Source: an uncultured Candidatus Saccharibacteria bacterium
GTDB taxonomy: Bacteria > Patescibacteriota > Saccharimonadia > Saccharimonadales > JACDBH01
Length of the DNA stretch: 64,000 nt
Assembly (NCBI GenBank): GCA_965231105.1
Contig: OZ246417.1
Coordinates: forward strand, 384,908-448,907
Reading direction: 5' to 3'
Both the position numbers and the translations under genes were made by a program. A model generated the notes under the pieces. That model saw only the letters and a program-made list of their open reading frames with translations. It searched no databases and was not told the origin of the DNA. Position 1 is the first letter of the stretch, and every line of letters starts with the position of its first letter. This document shows, one piece after another, positions 8,429 through 17,830 of this stretch.

Positions 8429-8548
8429 ATGGAGTCGTTTGCGCATCACAGCATTGCCCATTCACTCAGTATGCAAATTACCATTGCGACCACATTGATC
8501 ATTGGCCTCGCAGCTATGGTTGTATTTATTTATGGGAGGAGCAAATGA
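8429..8548 (+). CDS. 39-aa membrane micro-protein (not in the ORF track)
   Basis: My translation: MESFAHHSIAHSLSMQITIATTLIIGLAAMVVFIYGRSK. An AAGGAGGG SD lies 5 nt upstream. Its stop overlaps the sodC start (ATGA), and its last codons carry the sodC SD GGGAGGAG. Confidence 0.5.
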   Translation: MESFAHHSIAHSLSMQITIATTLIIGLAAMVVFIYGRSK

Positions 8549-9075
8549 GCTTATCACTACAAGCCGATAACAAACAAGAGACTGCACGAGCAAAGGCAGT
8601 TATGGTGGGGCCGGATGCCGAAGGACTTGCTGAATTTATTGAATACGATGTCGATGGATGGAAGTATGTATATATCAAACTAGAATTAACTGGAAAACCA
8701 GAAACATTAAAGCCTGGTAAGCACGCGGTTCATATCCATGAAAAAGGTGATTGTGAATGTGAAGGTTTTAAATGTGCGGGCGGTCACTTCGATCCAGGTC
8801 CAAGCGGCAACACTGACCCTGATGCAAATCATGGCTATCATGCGGGCGATCTTCCGAGTATCACCATCGACGAAAATGGACATGGAGTATTGGAAACTTT
8901 CACTACTCGTATTACCCTCTCAAAGGGTCCTGTTTCTATTCTCGATCCTGAAACCGCACCAAATGCAACCGCCTTGATGGTTCATGGCAATGAAGACCCC
9001 TATACTCCTGGCGAAAGTGGTTCCGGACACAGTGGCGGCCCACGACTTGCTTGCGGTAAAATCGTAGCCGCTTAA
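8545..9075 (+). CDS. sodC: Cu/Zn superoxide dismutase
   Basis: 176 aa. HAVHIHEKGDC, GGHFDPG, HAGDLPSI and GGPRLACGKI match the Cu/Zn SOD ligand and Cys motifs. No N-terminal hydrophobic signal is visible. Confidence 0.9.
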   Translation: MSLSLQADNKQETARAKAVMVGPDAEGLAEFIEYDVDGWKYVYIKLELTGKPETLKPGKHAVHIHEKGDCECEGFKCAGGHFDPGPSGNTDPDANHGYHAGDLPSITIDENGHGVLETFTTRITLSKGPVSILDPETAPNATALMVHGNEDPYTPGESGSGHSGGPRLACGKIVAA

Positions 9076-9082
9076 GCGAACA

Positions 9083-9112
9083 TTGCGTATCAGACATATC
9101 TACAGCTATACT
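9083..9112 (+). promoter_or_regulatory. sigma70-like promoter, leaderless geometry
   Basis: TTGCGT-18 nt-TATACT. The hexamer ends 7 nt before ATG 9120 and there is no SD. Confidence 0.45.
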
Positions 9113-9119
9113 GCTTGTA

Positions 9120-9791
9120 ATGATGAAATTGGCACACGTTCACTATAAGAACCGTGAGGTTGAGCCGGTATGGCATGTACAACTTGCGGTGGTTATTGCG
9201 ATTGTACTGCAAATAGCTTTAAGTAACAGTCTAACCGTTGGTCCTAAATTAGCGATTGCCGGTTTCGAAACCTTGCTTCTCGTTCTTCTCACTGTCCTAA
9301 AACCAACAGTAAAGCTTGGCGTCATGAAGGTACGACGCAGCATTGCTGTACTACTCATTGCCTGTATCTCGCTTGCTAACATTACTTCATTGGGTCTTGT
9401 GTTAAATGATCTTTTTCATAGTGCGGTCGACATAACAGGCAAAGGCCTTATTCTGTCGGCGCTTGGTATTTACCTTACCAACATCATTATCTTTGGCCTC
9501 TGGTACTGGGAGCTTGATAGCGACGGCGTGCAAGGTCAAAGCACGGATGTTGCGCCCTTTGATTTTCTGTTTCCGCAAATGCGACTTTCAGAAAAAGATC
9601 CGATCCGAAGGGACTGGCGTCCTACCTTCTTTGATTACCTTTATATTTCTATTACCAACGCAGTCGCATTTAGCCCCAATGACACGGTGCCTTTAACTCA
9701 TCGCGCCAAAGCACTTATGGCACTGCAGTCTGCTATTTCAGTTGTAACGGTTGCGTTAGTTGTAACACGAGCAGTTACGATCCTAGCCTAG
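9120..9791 (+). CDS. polytopic membrane protein (DUF1345-like)
   Basis: 223 aa with 5-6 hydrophobic spans. IIIFGLWYWELD is reminiscent of DUF1345. Confidence 0.5.
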   Translation: MMKLAHVHYKNREVEPVWHVQLAVVIAIVLQIALSNSLTVGPKLAIAGFETLLLVLLTVLKPTVKLGVMKVRRSIAVLLIACISLANITSLGLVLNDLFHSAVDITGKGLILSALGIYLTNIIIFGLWYWELDSDGVQGQSTDVAPFDFLFPQMRLSEKDPIRRDWRPTFFDYLYISITNAVAFSPNDTVPLTHRAKALMALQSAISVVTVALVVTRAVTILA

Positions 9792-9798
9792 AAGCTTT

Positions 9799-10455
9799 TT
9801 AGTAGCTGATCGACACCAGGTCATGAAGCTCACCAACCTGTTTTGTGCTTAAAGGATCCGCCAATGCTGCTATATGGAGTGGTAGAGGTAACGGCATAGA
9901 AGAATCAAAATCAGCAACTCCACTTGCATTAAGAGCAATGCGTGCAGCACACCGATGCGTGACCATATGTCCACTTTGAATGCCTCTTTCTAGGCTAAAT
10001 TCGGTACCCAGCCATAAAGAAGGATGTTGAGGCTGCATTACGGGCCGACGCACTTCTCTGCGTAGCGTGTCGCGTTGATGGCGCATAAGCCCTTGTGTCC
10101 ATACATGAACAGTGTTGTACGCAAGCACTGATGTAGCCCCTAAATGAAAAGCCTTCTCCTCACTCAGACCCTCTTCCATAAGATATTCTGGAAATTTTCC
10201 GCTCGTAACTATCAGATCGCGTTCATTTGGCACAGGTGACATTGTCCCACCTCGCCGTTCTTGCTGATCCATGCCGAGTTTTGGGATACGAACCACAAGC
10301 CTACCTCGTTCATTCTTAGTGCGCGAAAATGTTCGATCCATTTCATTCTGGACTGCTTCCTGCACCTTAGAATCATTAACCGCTTCATGAAGCATGTCCC
10401 AACTGCTCTTCTGTGGAGTTTTACCTGGCTTCTCAAACTTATGTACGCTACCCAT
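9799..10455 (-). CDS. hypothetical protein downstream of trmD
   Basis: The start was moved to the ATG that overlaps the trmD stop (AATAATGGGTAG). It encodes 218 aa (MGSVHKFEKPGK...) with no family recognised. Confidence 0.55.
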   Translation of the reverse strand: MGSVHKFEKPGKTPQKSSWDMLHEAVNDSKVQEAVQNEMDRTFSRTKNERGRLVVRIPKLGMDQQERRGGTMSPVPNERDLIVTSGKFPEYLMEEGLSEEKAFHLGATSVLAYNTVHVWTQGLMRHQRDTLRREVRRPVMQPQHPSLWLGTEFSLERGIQSGHMVTHRCAARIALNASGVADFDSSMPLPLPLHIAALADPLSTKQVGELHDLVSISY

Positions 10456-11095
10456 TATTAACCTCGTTTCTCCACTTCTCGATTTCGGCATGATTACCGC
10501 TTAACAGTACGCTCGGCACCTTCATGCCTCGAAATTCTTCGGGTCTGGTGTACTGAGGAAATTCAATGTTCTGATCATCCTGCTGGAACGATTCAATCTC
10601 AGCCGACTGTTCACCGCCTAAGACACCCGGAATGAGGCGCACGACACTGTCGATAATGATCATTGCCGGTAATTCCCCGCCAGTTAAGACGTAGCTCCCA
10701 ATACAGAATTGCTCATCGATCCATTTTGTTATACGTTCGTCATAACCCTCGTAGCGAGGGCAGACAATAATAAGTCCTTTAGACTCAGCAGCTAGTCGCT
10801 TTGCATCAGACTGCTTATATACCTTTCCCCTTGGTGTCGGCAAAATAACTAAAGCTTCTGGGTCATTCTCTTTTGCCTTTTCAATAGCTGCTACGAGTGG
10901 CTCCGGCTTTAAAAGCATACCGTCACCGCCACCGTATGGTGTATCGTCAACGGTTTTACGCGGACCAATACCAAATTCGCGCAGGTTAATATAGCTAATT
11001 TCAACAAGCTTGCGATCCTGCGCCTTCCATAACATGCTGGCATTCAGCACACCATGAAACATCTCGGGAAATAATGTAATAACTTGAATTTTCAT
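10448..11095 (-). CDS. trmD: tRNA (guanine37-N1)-methyltransferase
   Basis: MKIQVITLFPEMFHGVLN..., DDTPYGGGDGMLLKPEP and GGELPAMIIIDSVVRLIPGVLG are TrmD hallmarks. The ORF-track N-terminal 28 aa were rejected. Confidence 0.92.
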   Translation of the reverse strand: MKIQVITLFPEMFHGVLNASMLWKAQDRKLVEISYINLREFGIGPRKTVDDTPYGGGDGMLLKPEPLVAAIEKAKENDPEALVILPTPRGKVYKQSDAKRLAAESKGLIIVCPRYEGYDERITKWIDEQFCIGSYVLTGGELPAMIIIDSVVRLIPGVLGGEQSAEIESFQQDDQNIEFPQYTRPEEFRGMKVPSVLLSGNHAEIEKWRNEVNNG

Positions 11096-11202
11096 AACAT
11101 TTATGTTCTTATTATACCATGTATTTTGTTGATGCCAATTCTTTAGGAGAGGATTTTTTTCAGCACACTCCTCGTACACGAGGCGAAGAGGAGCGTTATA
11201 GC

Positions 11203-11724
11203 ATGCGCAATGTTCTAGATGAGTTTGATCTTACCTTCGAAACCCGCTATCCTGACTTACGAGCCTTTGCCCGCTGGGTTATTACTTCGGTTATACCTGA
11301 ATATAATGCAGCAAATCCTGACCGGCCTATACCCCCGTATTCCACAGATAATCAATACTACCGACATAGAGAATCTAACGCGAATCTAGACATTCATGTA
11401 GATAGCTCTCTCGTACTGAGAGCACCTTATCCCAACAGAACATTCGTCACCATTGGAGTAGGAATAGGCGAAGTCAGTGGTACGCTTTTTCCAAAAGATG
11501 AATCCAAGTATCCCGTTACATCAGATGTGGGAAACTTAACTACTGAAGCTCTCAAACAAGACTTTTATTCTGCACCATACGGATGGGCAGCTGTTTTCGA
11601 CCCCGACCATGACTTACATGCTGGCGCACCTGGCGAGGAACGTATTCTTTATAAAGCCGCACTCTTTACAGGAGCTTCGTACGGGGATTTTTATGTACCA
11701 ATCCAGTCACCTGAAGTGGCATAA
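11203..11724 (+). CDS. hypothetical protein
   Basis: The start was set at the ATG preceded by GAGGAG. It encodes 173 aa with no family recognised, and it interrupts the rpsP-trmD operon on the opposite strand. Confidence 0.5.
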   Translation: MRNVLDEFDLTFETRYPDLRAFARWVITSVIPEYNAANPDRPIPPYSTDNQYYRHRESNANLDIHVDSSLVLRAPYPNRTFVTIGVGIGEVSGTLFPKDESKYPVTSDVGNLTTEALKQDFYSAPYGWAAVFDPDHDLHAGAPGEERILYKAALFTGASYGDFYVPIQSPEVA

Positions 11725-11749
11725 AAGTTTAACGTTTTACTAAAGCAAA

Positions 11750-12226
11750 CTAAATATCGAGGTCGTCAAAGTCTTCAAGCTCTTTGCGAGTTCTAGAAAA
11801 CTTATCATTTTTTTCTTCTTCAGAAGTAGCTTCTTCGACTTCCTCTACACTCGTATCATCGGCCGTAGTAGCAGTCGAGGTATCGTCTGCGGTAGTATCA
11901 TCGGTCCAGTTATCATTTCCGCCATCGTCACTTTGTGAAGCAGGTGTAGGAGCGGCTTCCTCACGAGCAGGTCGTGGCTCACCATTATCTACAATTTTTA
12001 GGTTATAACGAGCTTCATTCTTGGTGCCGAGTGCTCGAAGAAGCGTTCTCAAGCTTTGGGCAGTTGCACCGCGCTTTCCGATTACACGGCCAAGATCTTC
12101 TGGATCTACGGTTAATTCAAGAAGGACACCCTTCTCATCTATGCGACGTTCAATTTTGACTTGATCTGGCTTACCAACGAGTGACTTAACTATATATTCT
12201 ACAAATTGCTGGTCAATGCTAGTCAT
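11750..12226 (-). CDS. khpA: KH-domain RNA-binding protein (KhpA/YlqC-like) with long acidic C-terminal tail
   Basis: LVGKPDQVKIE...LELTVDPEDLGRVIGKRGATAQSLRTLL is the KH_4/UPF0109 core. It sits in the conserved position after rpsP and carries about 70 extra D/E/T-rich residues. Confidence 0.75.
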   Translation of the reverse strand: MTSIDQQFVEYIVKSLVGKPDQVKIERRIDEKGVLLELTVDPEDLGRVIGKRGATAQSLRTLLRALGTKNEARYNLKIVDNGEPRPAREEAAPTPASQSDDGGNDNWTDDTTADDTSTATTADDTSVEEVEEATSEEEKNDKFSRTRKELEDFDDLDI

Positions 12227-12303
12227 ACTAACGAACTCCTTACATCACGTAGCTGCTGACTATTATACTGTAGCAGCAGGCCTTGCTTCAAATCTACTCG
12301 TGC

Positions 12304-12747
12304 TTATTCGGTCTTCGCTTCGTCTTCAGCAGATGCTTGTTCTGCTTCAGGAGCTTCTTCTACAGCTGTAGTTTCAGCTGGGGCTTCAGCCTCTACCGCC
12401 TCTTCTGGGGCAGCTTCGGCTTCTACTGGTTCTTCGGGACGATTGCGGCGAAGTTTCTCAACATTTTTAATATCGCGCTTGCGGTCAGCTTCAACCTTAA
12501 CCCAATCAGGGAGCTTTACCCCTTCTTTTTGAAGAAGGTAGGCAACACGTGGTGAAGGCTGCGCACCGTGCTCAAGATAAAATGCTGCCTTTTCCTTATC
12601 AACGGTCATAGCTTTGGTGTGTGGATTATAGTTACCAAGACGCATGACAACATCACCGCTCTTAGGGTTGCGGCGGGCATCCTGAACGATAAGACGGAAT
12701 TGTGCGTGACCTTTGCGGCCAGTACGTTGCAGACGGATAGCGAGCAT
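12304..12747 (-). CDS. rpsP: 30S ribosomal protein S16 with E/A/P-rich C-terminal extension
   Basis: The N-terminus is MLAIRLQRTGRKGHAQFRLIVQDARRNPKSGDVV..LGNYNPHT. A tail of about 60 aa contains EAEAAPEEAVEAEAPAE. Confidence 0.92.
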   Translation of the reverse strand: MLAIRLQRTGRKGHAQFRLIVQDARRNPKSGDVVMRLGNYNPHTKAMTVDKEKAAFYLEHGAQPSPRVAYLLQKEGVKLPDWVKVEADRKRDIKNVEKLRRNRPEEPVEAEAAPEEAVEAEAPAETTAVEEAPEAEQASAEDEAKTE

Positions 12748-12842
12748 AAAAGCGATTGTCTTTCTACCTGATAACCAGGTTGTTTAAACTACTAAAACAA
12801 TTCTTGCCTATTTTACAGATGAGCGCCTCTGTTGTCAACCCC

Positions 12843-13544
12843 TTAGGCCGATGCCGTCAGTTTGTCGAGCGCTTTTTGAGCAGCAGCTTGCTGTGCGGCT
12901 TGTTTGCTGGGGCCTTTTCCTTTGCCGTAGACTTTGTCCTCTACATACACGGCTATGGTGAAGATCTTGTCGTGATCGGGACCAACTTCTTCAATCACTT
13001 TATAAACAGGCGTAAAACCGAGTTGGCTTTGTGCAACTTCTTGTAGGCGAGATTTAGGGTCGAGCCATGAACCAGACGCCAAAATATCCGCAAAAGTGCT
13101 AAGAATTGCTTCTTCAATAAGCTTCTTTGCAGCCTCGTACCCTTGATCAAGATAGAGCGCACCAATAACTGATTCAAAACAGTTTGCGAGGATTTGCGCA
13201 CGAGCTCGTTCAGTTCCACGCTTTTCACCACGAGACAGACGAAGGAGTGGCTCAAAGCCCATACGTGATGCAGCAGCACTAATACTTTCGGTGCGTACGA
13301 GCGCACTACGCCAGTTAGTAAGAATACCTTCTGGCTCACTGTAGTTTGCATACAAATACTCGGTAACCACCAGTTCTAGGACGGCGTCACCTAGAAATTC
13401 AAGACGTTCGTTATGTTCCTGTACGGTTTTCTTATGCTCGTTAAGGTATGAGCGGTGGGTAAAGGCAGTTACAAGCAGCTGAAGGTCATTAAATACAACC
13501 TTGAGTCGTTCTTCAGCAAACGATTGGTACGATGAGATGTCCAT
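12843..13544 (-). CDS. rnc: ribonuclease III
   Basis: Contains the NERLEFLGDAVLELVVTEYLY signature and a C-terminal dsRBD (GPDHDKIFTIAVYVEDKVYGKGKGPSKQAAQQAAA). Confidence 0.92.
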   Translation of the reverse strand: MDISSYQSFAEERLKVVFNDLQLLVTAFTHRSYLNEHKKTVQEHNERLEFLGDAVLELVVTEYLYANYSEPEGILTNWRSALVRTESISAAASRMGFEPLLRLSRGEKRGTERARAQILANCFESVIGALYLDQGYEAAKKLIEEAILSTFADILASGSWLDPKSRLQEVAQSQLGFTPVYKVIEEVGPDHDKIFTIAVYVEDKVYGKGKGPSKQAAQQAAAQKALDKLTASA

Positions 13545-13550
13545 ATTATT

Positions 13551-14051
13551 TTAGAGATTTCCTTTGCGTATTTTTGTCAGCGCTACCAGCATTAATTTGC
13601 CGATATCTTCATACTCAATTTTATCAAGTGCGACCTTTGCTGGCATCCATTTACAACCATTCATCCAGTCTTCAGGAGTAAGTTTGTCGCTATCACCCTT
13701 AGCGCGGACTAAAAAGATCTCGGTGGTCATCAGTACGAGACTTGATACGCGACGATAACGGAAGTTAATTTTTCCAAGCCAGCTCAAGACTTCCATTTCT
13801 TGTAAGCCGGTCTCTTCGCGGATTTCACGCTCAGCGGTCTGCTTTGAGTCTTCGCCGTTTTCGATGTGTCCCTTTGGAATAGTCCACCGGTTCTTCGCAT
13901 CTTGGATCAATAAAAACTCAATCTCATTACTTTTCGCATTATGACGAAAGACGATCCCACCAGCGGTCGGTTCACGAACGACTTCAGAAATAGCCGGACG
14001 GCGGCGGCCAATGAATGTCTTAAATCCTTTAATTGGTTTGGGTCTCTTCAT
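13551..14051 (-). CDS. NUDIX hydrolase
   Basis: Nudix box GHIENGEDSKQTAEREIREETGL. Confidence 0.85.
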   Translation of the reverse strand: MKRPKPIKGFKTFIGRRRPAISEVVREPTAGGIVFRHNAKSNEIEFLLIQDAKNRWTIPKGHIENGEDSKQTAEREIREETGLQEMEVLSWLGKINFRYRRVSSLVLMTTEIFLVRAKGDSDKLTPEDWMNGCKWMPAKVALDKIEYEDIGKLMLVALTKIRKGNL

Positions 14052-14101
14052 GATTATCCTAACCCTTCATGATCTTTAGTAGAACCTGAAGGTTTTCCTT
14101 A

Positions 14102-14560
14102 CTACTCTTTGGTGGACTCTGCGCTGGGTTTTTCGCCCTGCTGCTGACGCAATAGCGTACCAAGCACACCATTGATGAACTTCGAACTATTATCTCCACC
14201 AAATGCTTTTGCAAGCTCAACAGCTTCGTTGATAACCACTTTGGGTGGTATATCAGGATTATGCAAAAGTTCATACGCACCAATGCGTAAAATCACTCGA
14301 TCCATTCGCGCAATTTGGTCTATTGGCCATTCAGGTGCCAGGGGCTGCAATAACTCATCAAGGTGTTCCCGTTGATCGGTAACACCCTCAACCAGTCCCT
14401 TAATGAACGCTGTGTCCTCGACCGTATCTCGGTAACGAGCAATATTGCGCTCAAGCACCGCCGCAAGGTCAAAGGATGTATCCCCCGCTTCTGAACGGAA
14501 GTCCTGCTCATATAACGTTTGCAGGGCAACGATGCGACCAAGGTGGCGATTGGATGCCAT
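14102..14560 (-). CDS. nusB: transcription antitermination factor NusB
   Basis: 152 aa. [13 protein letters not shown]...[10 protein letters not shown]...[14 protein letters not shown] is NusB-typical. Confidence 0.88.
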   Translation of the reverse strand: MASNRHLGRIVALQTLYEQDFRSEAGDTSFDLAAVLERNIARYRDTVEDTAFIKGLVEGVTDQREHLDELLQPLAPEWPIDQIARMDRVILRIGAYELLHNPDIPPKVVINEAVELAKAFGGDNSSKFINGVLGTLLRQQQGEKPSAESTKE

Positions 14561-14605
14561 ATTGTTAATTTCCCGCTTTCGTACCGCTTATGGTACCAGT
14601 ATACC

Positions 14606-14779
14606 CTATTCAGCTTTAGTATTGGCTGAGGTTTTGGCAAGTTTCTTGCCGGATTCACGCCGTGTGGTATATGCCTTCACGGGTGACTTTGCATTAACAG
14701 ATCGAGCCAGCTTCACAACCAAGTGGCTGCGGCGTAGACCGGTGGCGCGATGTGATGTTCGTTTTTTGGGCTTACCCAT
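14606..14779 (-). CDS. rpmF: 50S ribosomal protein L32
   Basis: MGKPKKRTSHRATGLRRSHL matches the L32 N-terminus. The start was trimmed from the ORF-track MFLT extension. Confidence 0.8.
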   Translation of the reverse strand: MGKPKKRTSHRATGLRRSHLVVKLARSVNAKSPVKAYTTRRESGKKLAKTSANTKAE

Positions 14780-14866
14780 AGTAAGGAACAAACTCCTTTA
14801 TGCTTAATTAAATAATGAATTAGCCGCATTATAGCGCATTTAGCGGTCTTTCTCAAGGGGAGAACA

Positions 14867-14897
14867 TTGACATACTGCTATTTTACCCGCATAGTAT
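14867..14897 (+). promoter_or_regulatory. sigma70-like promoter, leaderless geometry
   Basis: TTGACA (14867-14872), then 19 nt, then TAGTAT (14892-14897). An alternative reading is CATAGT with a 17-nt spacer. ATG 14904 is 6 nt after TAGTAT and there is no SD. Confidence 0.4.
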
Positions 14898-14903
14898 CCC
14901 TGT

Positions 14904-15260
14904 ATGAAATCGCCCTCGAGCGAAAAATCACCCTCTTCAAAAATAGATCGCCAGCAATCCCTCTGGAATCGTCTTATGCCATTTCCCATTCTTGCACCAG
15001 CCGCCGGCGTTATTGCTGTGTTCGGGGTTATCCAGGGAATGAAAGATGAGAAAAAAGAGGACCGTCAGTATATACCCGCCGAACAACCCTACACCGTCAT
15101 GGAAGGCGAAACTATCTACGACCTCGCCGGTATATGCGAAGATTCGGATCAACGCGATGTTGAGAGATGGATACTAAAGATTAACGACATTCCACAACCT
15201 GAGAACAGTACCCAGCTTGAAGGCACCACTATTACCCTACCCGATCCGGAGCACTGTTAG
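14904..15260 (+). CDS. small anchored protein with LysM-like C-terminal domain
   Basis: 118 aa with the TM span PFPILAPAAGVIAVFGVI. YTVMEGETIYDLAGI...INDIP...LEGTTITLP resembles a LysM repeat. Confidence 0.5.
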   Translation: MKSPSSEKSPSSKIDRQQSLWNRLMPFPILAPAAGVIAVFGVIQGMKDEKKEDRQYIPAEQPYTVMEGETIYDLAGICEDSDQRDVERWILKINDIPQPENSTQLEGTTITLPDPEHC

Positions 15261-17689
15261 ATAACAAAGCTCACTAACCTCTTTGGAACGTAGATAATCT
15301 TCTTAGGTTCGGCGGTAATGTGGGCTTTTACCTTTTCATCGGCTCGAGCTGCAGCAACAACCTCTTCTTCGCTACTTTGTGCATCTACTTCAACCGTACC
15401 ACGTAACTTACCATTTACCTGTACGGCAATAGTAATGGTGTCCTGAACAAGGTAGGCATCATCCCATTGTGGCCAGTGGTCTTTATGGACACTATCTGTA
15501 TGTCCAAGTTCATGCCAGAGCTCTTCAGCAGCATGGGGAGCAAACGGACCGATCATCATAACAAGACTCTCGAGTACTTCGCGCCAGGAGCTGCTTGCAA
15601 AACCGTTCTTAGCTTTAAACTCATATAAGTCATTTGTTGCCTTCATGAGCGCTGCTATTGCGGTGTTATACTTTTGATCTTCAAGGTCGGCGGTTACTTT
15701 CTTAATGGCAGGATGAATAACGCGAAGTAACGCATGATCGGGTTCGCCATCCTTAGCTTCCGCCATATATTCCTGTACCAGGTTCCAGACACGGTTAATA
15801 AAGCGGTATGCACCGGGCACGCCTTGTGGATCCCAACGAATCCAAAGTTCAAGTGGCGCGGCAAACATTAAGTAGGTACGCAGTGCATCCGCACCATAGC
15901 CGCTATTAATAATTTCAAGCGGGTCAACACCATTACCCTTACTTTTACTGAACATCTGGCCATCGCTCGCGGTAACTTTACCGTTAAAGAGGAACCGTTT
16001 GAAGGGCTCAGGATTGTCTACCAATCCAAGCTTATGGAAGAAACGAGTGATAAAGCGGGCATAGATCATATGCGCGGTAGCATGGTCACCACCATTATAG
16101 AAATCTACCGGCATCCATTTATTGGCAGTATCGCTCTCAAATGGCTTATCTTCGTTGGTTGGGTCAATATAACGCAGAAAATACCAGCTACTACAGATAT
16201 ATGTATCGAGCGTATCCGTTTCGCGCTCAGCCTCTCCGCCACACTTTGGACATTCAACTTTTAGCCAATCAGTAGCCCGGGCTAAAGCACTACGCCCATC
16301 ACCGCTTGGTTGAAAGTCCTCTAATTCAGGCAAGACAACAGGCAGCTGATCTTCAGGGACTAAGACCTGCCCACATTTTTCACAATTAATAATAGGAATC
16401 GGCGCTCCCCAATATCGCTGGCGACTCACGCTCCAGTCGCGAATCTTATAGGTAGTCTTTTCGGTAGCAATCTTTTCTTTGGCAAGATCAGCAACGATTT
16501 TCTCTCGCGCGCTATTGCTCTCAAGTCCGGTGTGGTCCTCTGAATTAATTAAGAGACCTTCGCCGTCATAGCACCCTTCAAAGTCCGCTGGCTTTTGTAC
16601 GACTTCAATAATCGGCAGCTCGAATTTCTTGGCAAATTCATAATCGCGCTCGTCATGTGCGGGCACAGCCATAATGGCACCAGTGCCATAACCAACTAAG
16701 ACATAATCGGCTACCCAGATGGGGATCTTTTCTTTATTAATCGGGTTAACCGCATAGGAGCCTGTGAATACACCGGTCTTTTCTTTTGAAGCCTGGCGTT
16801 CAACTTCAGTTCGCTTGGCAGCTTCTTTTACATAGTCTTCAACCTTAGCTTTTTCGCTGTCTGCAGTAAGCTCACCTACCAATTCATGCTCCGGCGCTAC
16901 CACTAAAAATGTTGCACCATACAGCGTATCGGGGCGAGTAGTAAAGACGGTTATCCTTTCTTTTGAACCTTCAACCGTAAAGTCAATTTCCGCACCCTTA
17001 CTCTTACCAATCCAGTTCTTCTGTGCCAGTTTAACCGTTTCAGTCCAGTCCAGTGCATCGGTAGCTTCTAGTAGTTCGTCTGCATACTCGGTGATCTTAA
17101 AGAACCACTGCTTTACTTCTTTCTTTTCAACGATCGGATCATCAGGACCATCGTGGCGCCAACACTTACCGTCAATTACCTGCTCGTTCGCAAGTACCGT
17201 CTGGCACTTGGTACACCACCACTGCATGCGGGAGTCCTGATAAGCCAAACCATACTCGTACATTTTGGCAAAAATCCACTGGGTCCATTTGTAGTAAATT
17301 GGAAGGTGCGTGGAAATTTCTTTGGACCAGTCATTGCTCCAGCCCATGGCTTTGTACTGTTTGTGATAGCCAGGAATAATCGTAGCCATAGAATCTTGAG
17401 GTGAAACACCAGCTTTAATGGCGTAATTTTCTGCAGGAAGGCCAAATGCATCCCACCCTACCGGATGGTAACTTTCATAACCCTGTTGGCGCTTAAAGCG
17501 GGCCATAACATCTGAAATGGTGTAGTTCATGGCATGACCAATATGAATACCGGCACCACTTGGATAATTGAACATACTCATGGCTAAATACTTTTGCTTA
17601 TCACTCTTTAAATTAGCCTGGTAGGTTTTCTCCTCATCCCAGGTTTTTTGCCATTTCGGTTCAATATCTTTTGGACTATAACGCTTCAC
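15257..17689 (-). CDS. leuS: leucyl-tRNA synthetase
   Basis: 810 aa with HIGH-type motif (PSGAGIHIGHAMNY), KMSKS-type motif (QMFSKSKGN), and the CP1 editing and Zn-finger regions. It uses a GTG start preceded by GAGGA. Confidence 0.95.
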   Translation of the reverse strand: MKRYSPKDIEPKWQKTWDEEKTYQANLKSDKQKYLAMSMFNYPSGAGIHIGHAMNYTISDVMARFKRQQGYESYHPVGWDAFGLPAENYAIKAGVSPQDSMATIIPGYHKQYKAMGWSNDWSKEISTHLPIYYKWTQWIFAKMYEYGLAYQDSRMQWWCTKCQTVLANEQVIDGKCWRHDGPDDPIVEKKEVKQWFFKITEYADELLEATDALDWTETVKLAQKNWIGKSKGAEIDFTVEGSKERITVFTTRPDTLYGATFLVVAPEHELVGELTADSEKAKVEDYVKEAAKRTEVERQASKEKTGVFTGSYAVNPINKEKIPIWVADYVLVGYGTGAIMAVPAHDERDYEFAKKFELPIIEVVQKPADFEGCYDGEGLLINSEDHTGLESNSAREKIVADLAKEKIATEKTTYKIRDWSVSRQRYWGAPIPIINCEKCGQVLVPEDQLPVVLPELEDFQPSGDGRSALARATDWLKVECPKCGGEAERETDTLDTYICSSWYFLRYIDPTNEDKPFESDTANKWMPVDFYNGGDHATAHMIYARFITRFFHKLGLVDNPEPFKRFLFNGKVTASDGQMFSKSKGNGVDPLEIINSGYGADALRTYLMFAAPLELWIRWDPQGVPGAYRFINRVWNLVQEYMAEAKDGEPDHALLRVIHPAIKKVTADLEDQKYNTAIAALMKATNDLYEFKAKNGFASSSWREVLESLVMMIGPFAPHAAEELWHELGHTDSVHKDHWPQWDDAYLVQDTITIAVQVNGKLRGTVEVDAQSSEEEVVAAARADEKVKAHITAEPKKIIYVPKRLVSFVI

Positions 17690-17830
17690 GTTTTCCTCAC
17701 TATCAGGGGTAATTTATCTGTATTTTACAAGATTTTAAGAAGAATAAGAAGAGGTACCTATCGTGGTTAAAAATACGCCGTTTAGCAGCCTATTTATTGC
17801 TACACTAAATAAAACAAATGGAGGGTATCC

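Noticed and set aside
11096-11179. 28-aa N-terminal extension of trmD
   Set aside because: The canonical TrmD N-terminus MKIQVITLFPEMF starts at the internal ATG, and the extension overlaps the divergent promoter region.
12304-12480. Tandem DNA repeat in the S16 tail (EAEAAPEEAVEAEAPAE)
   Set aside because: This is low-complexity amino-acid composition. The underlying nucleotide units are not exact tandem repeats.
17690-17830. T-box riboswitch upstream of leuS
   Set aside because: Only ~140 nt are available. By eye I found no T-box consensus (..TGGTACCGCG-like), no specifier-loop arrangement and no terminator/antiterminator pair.
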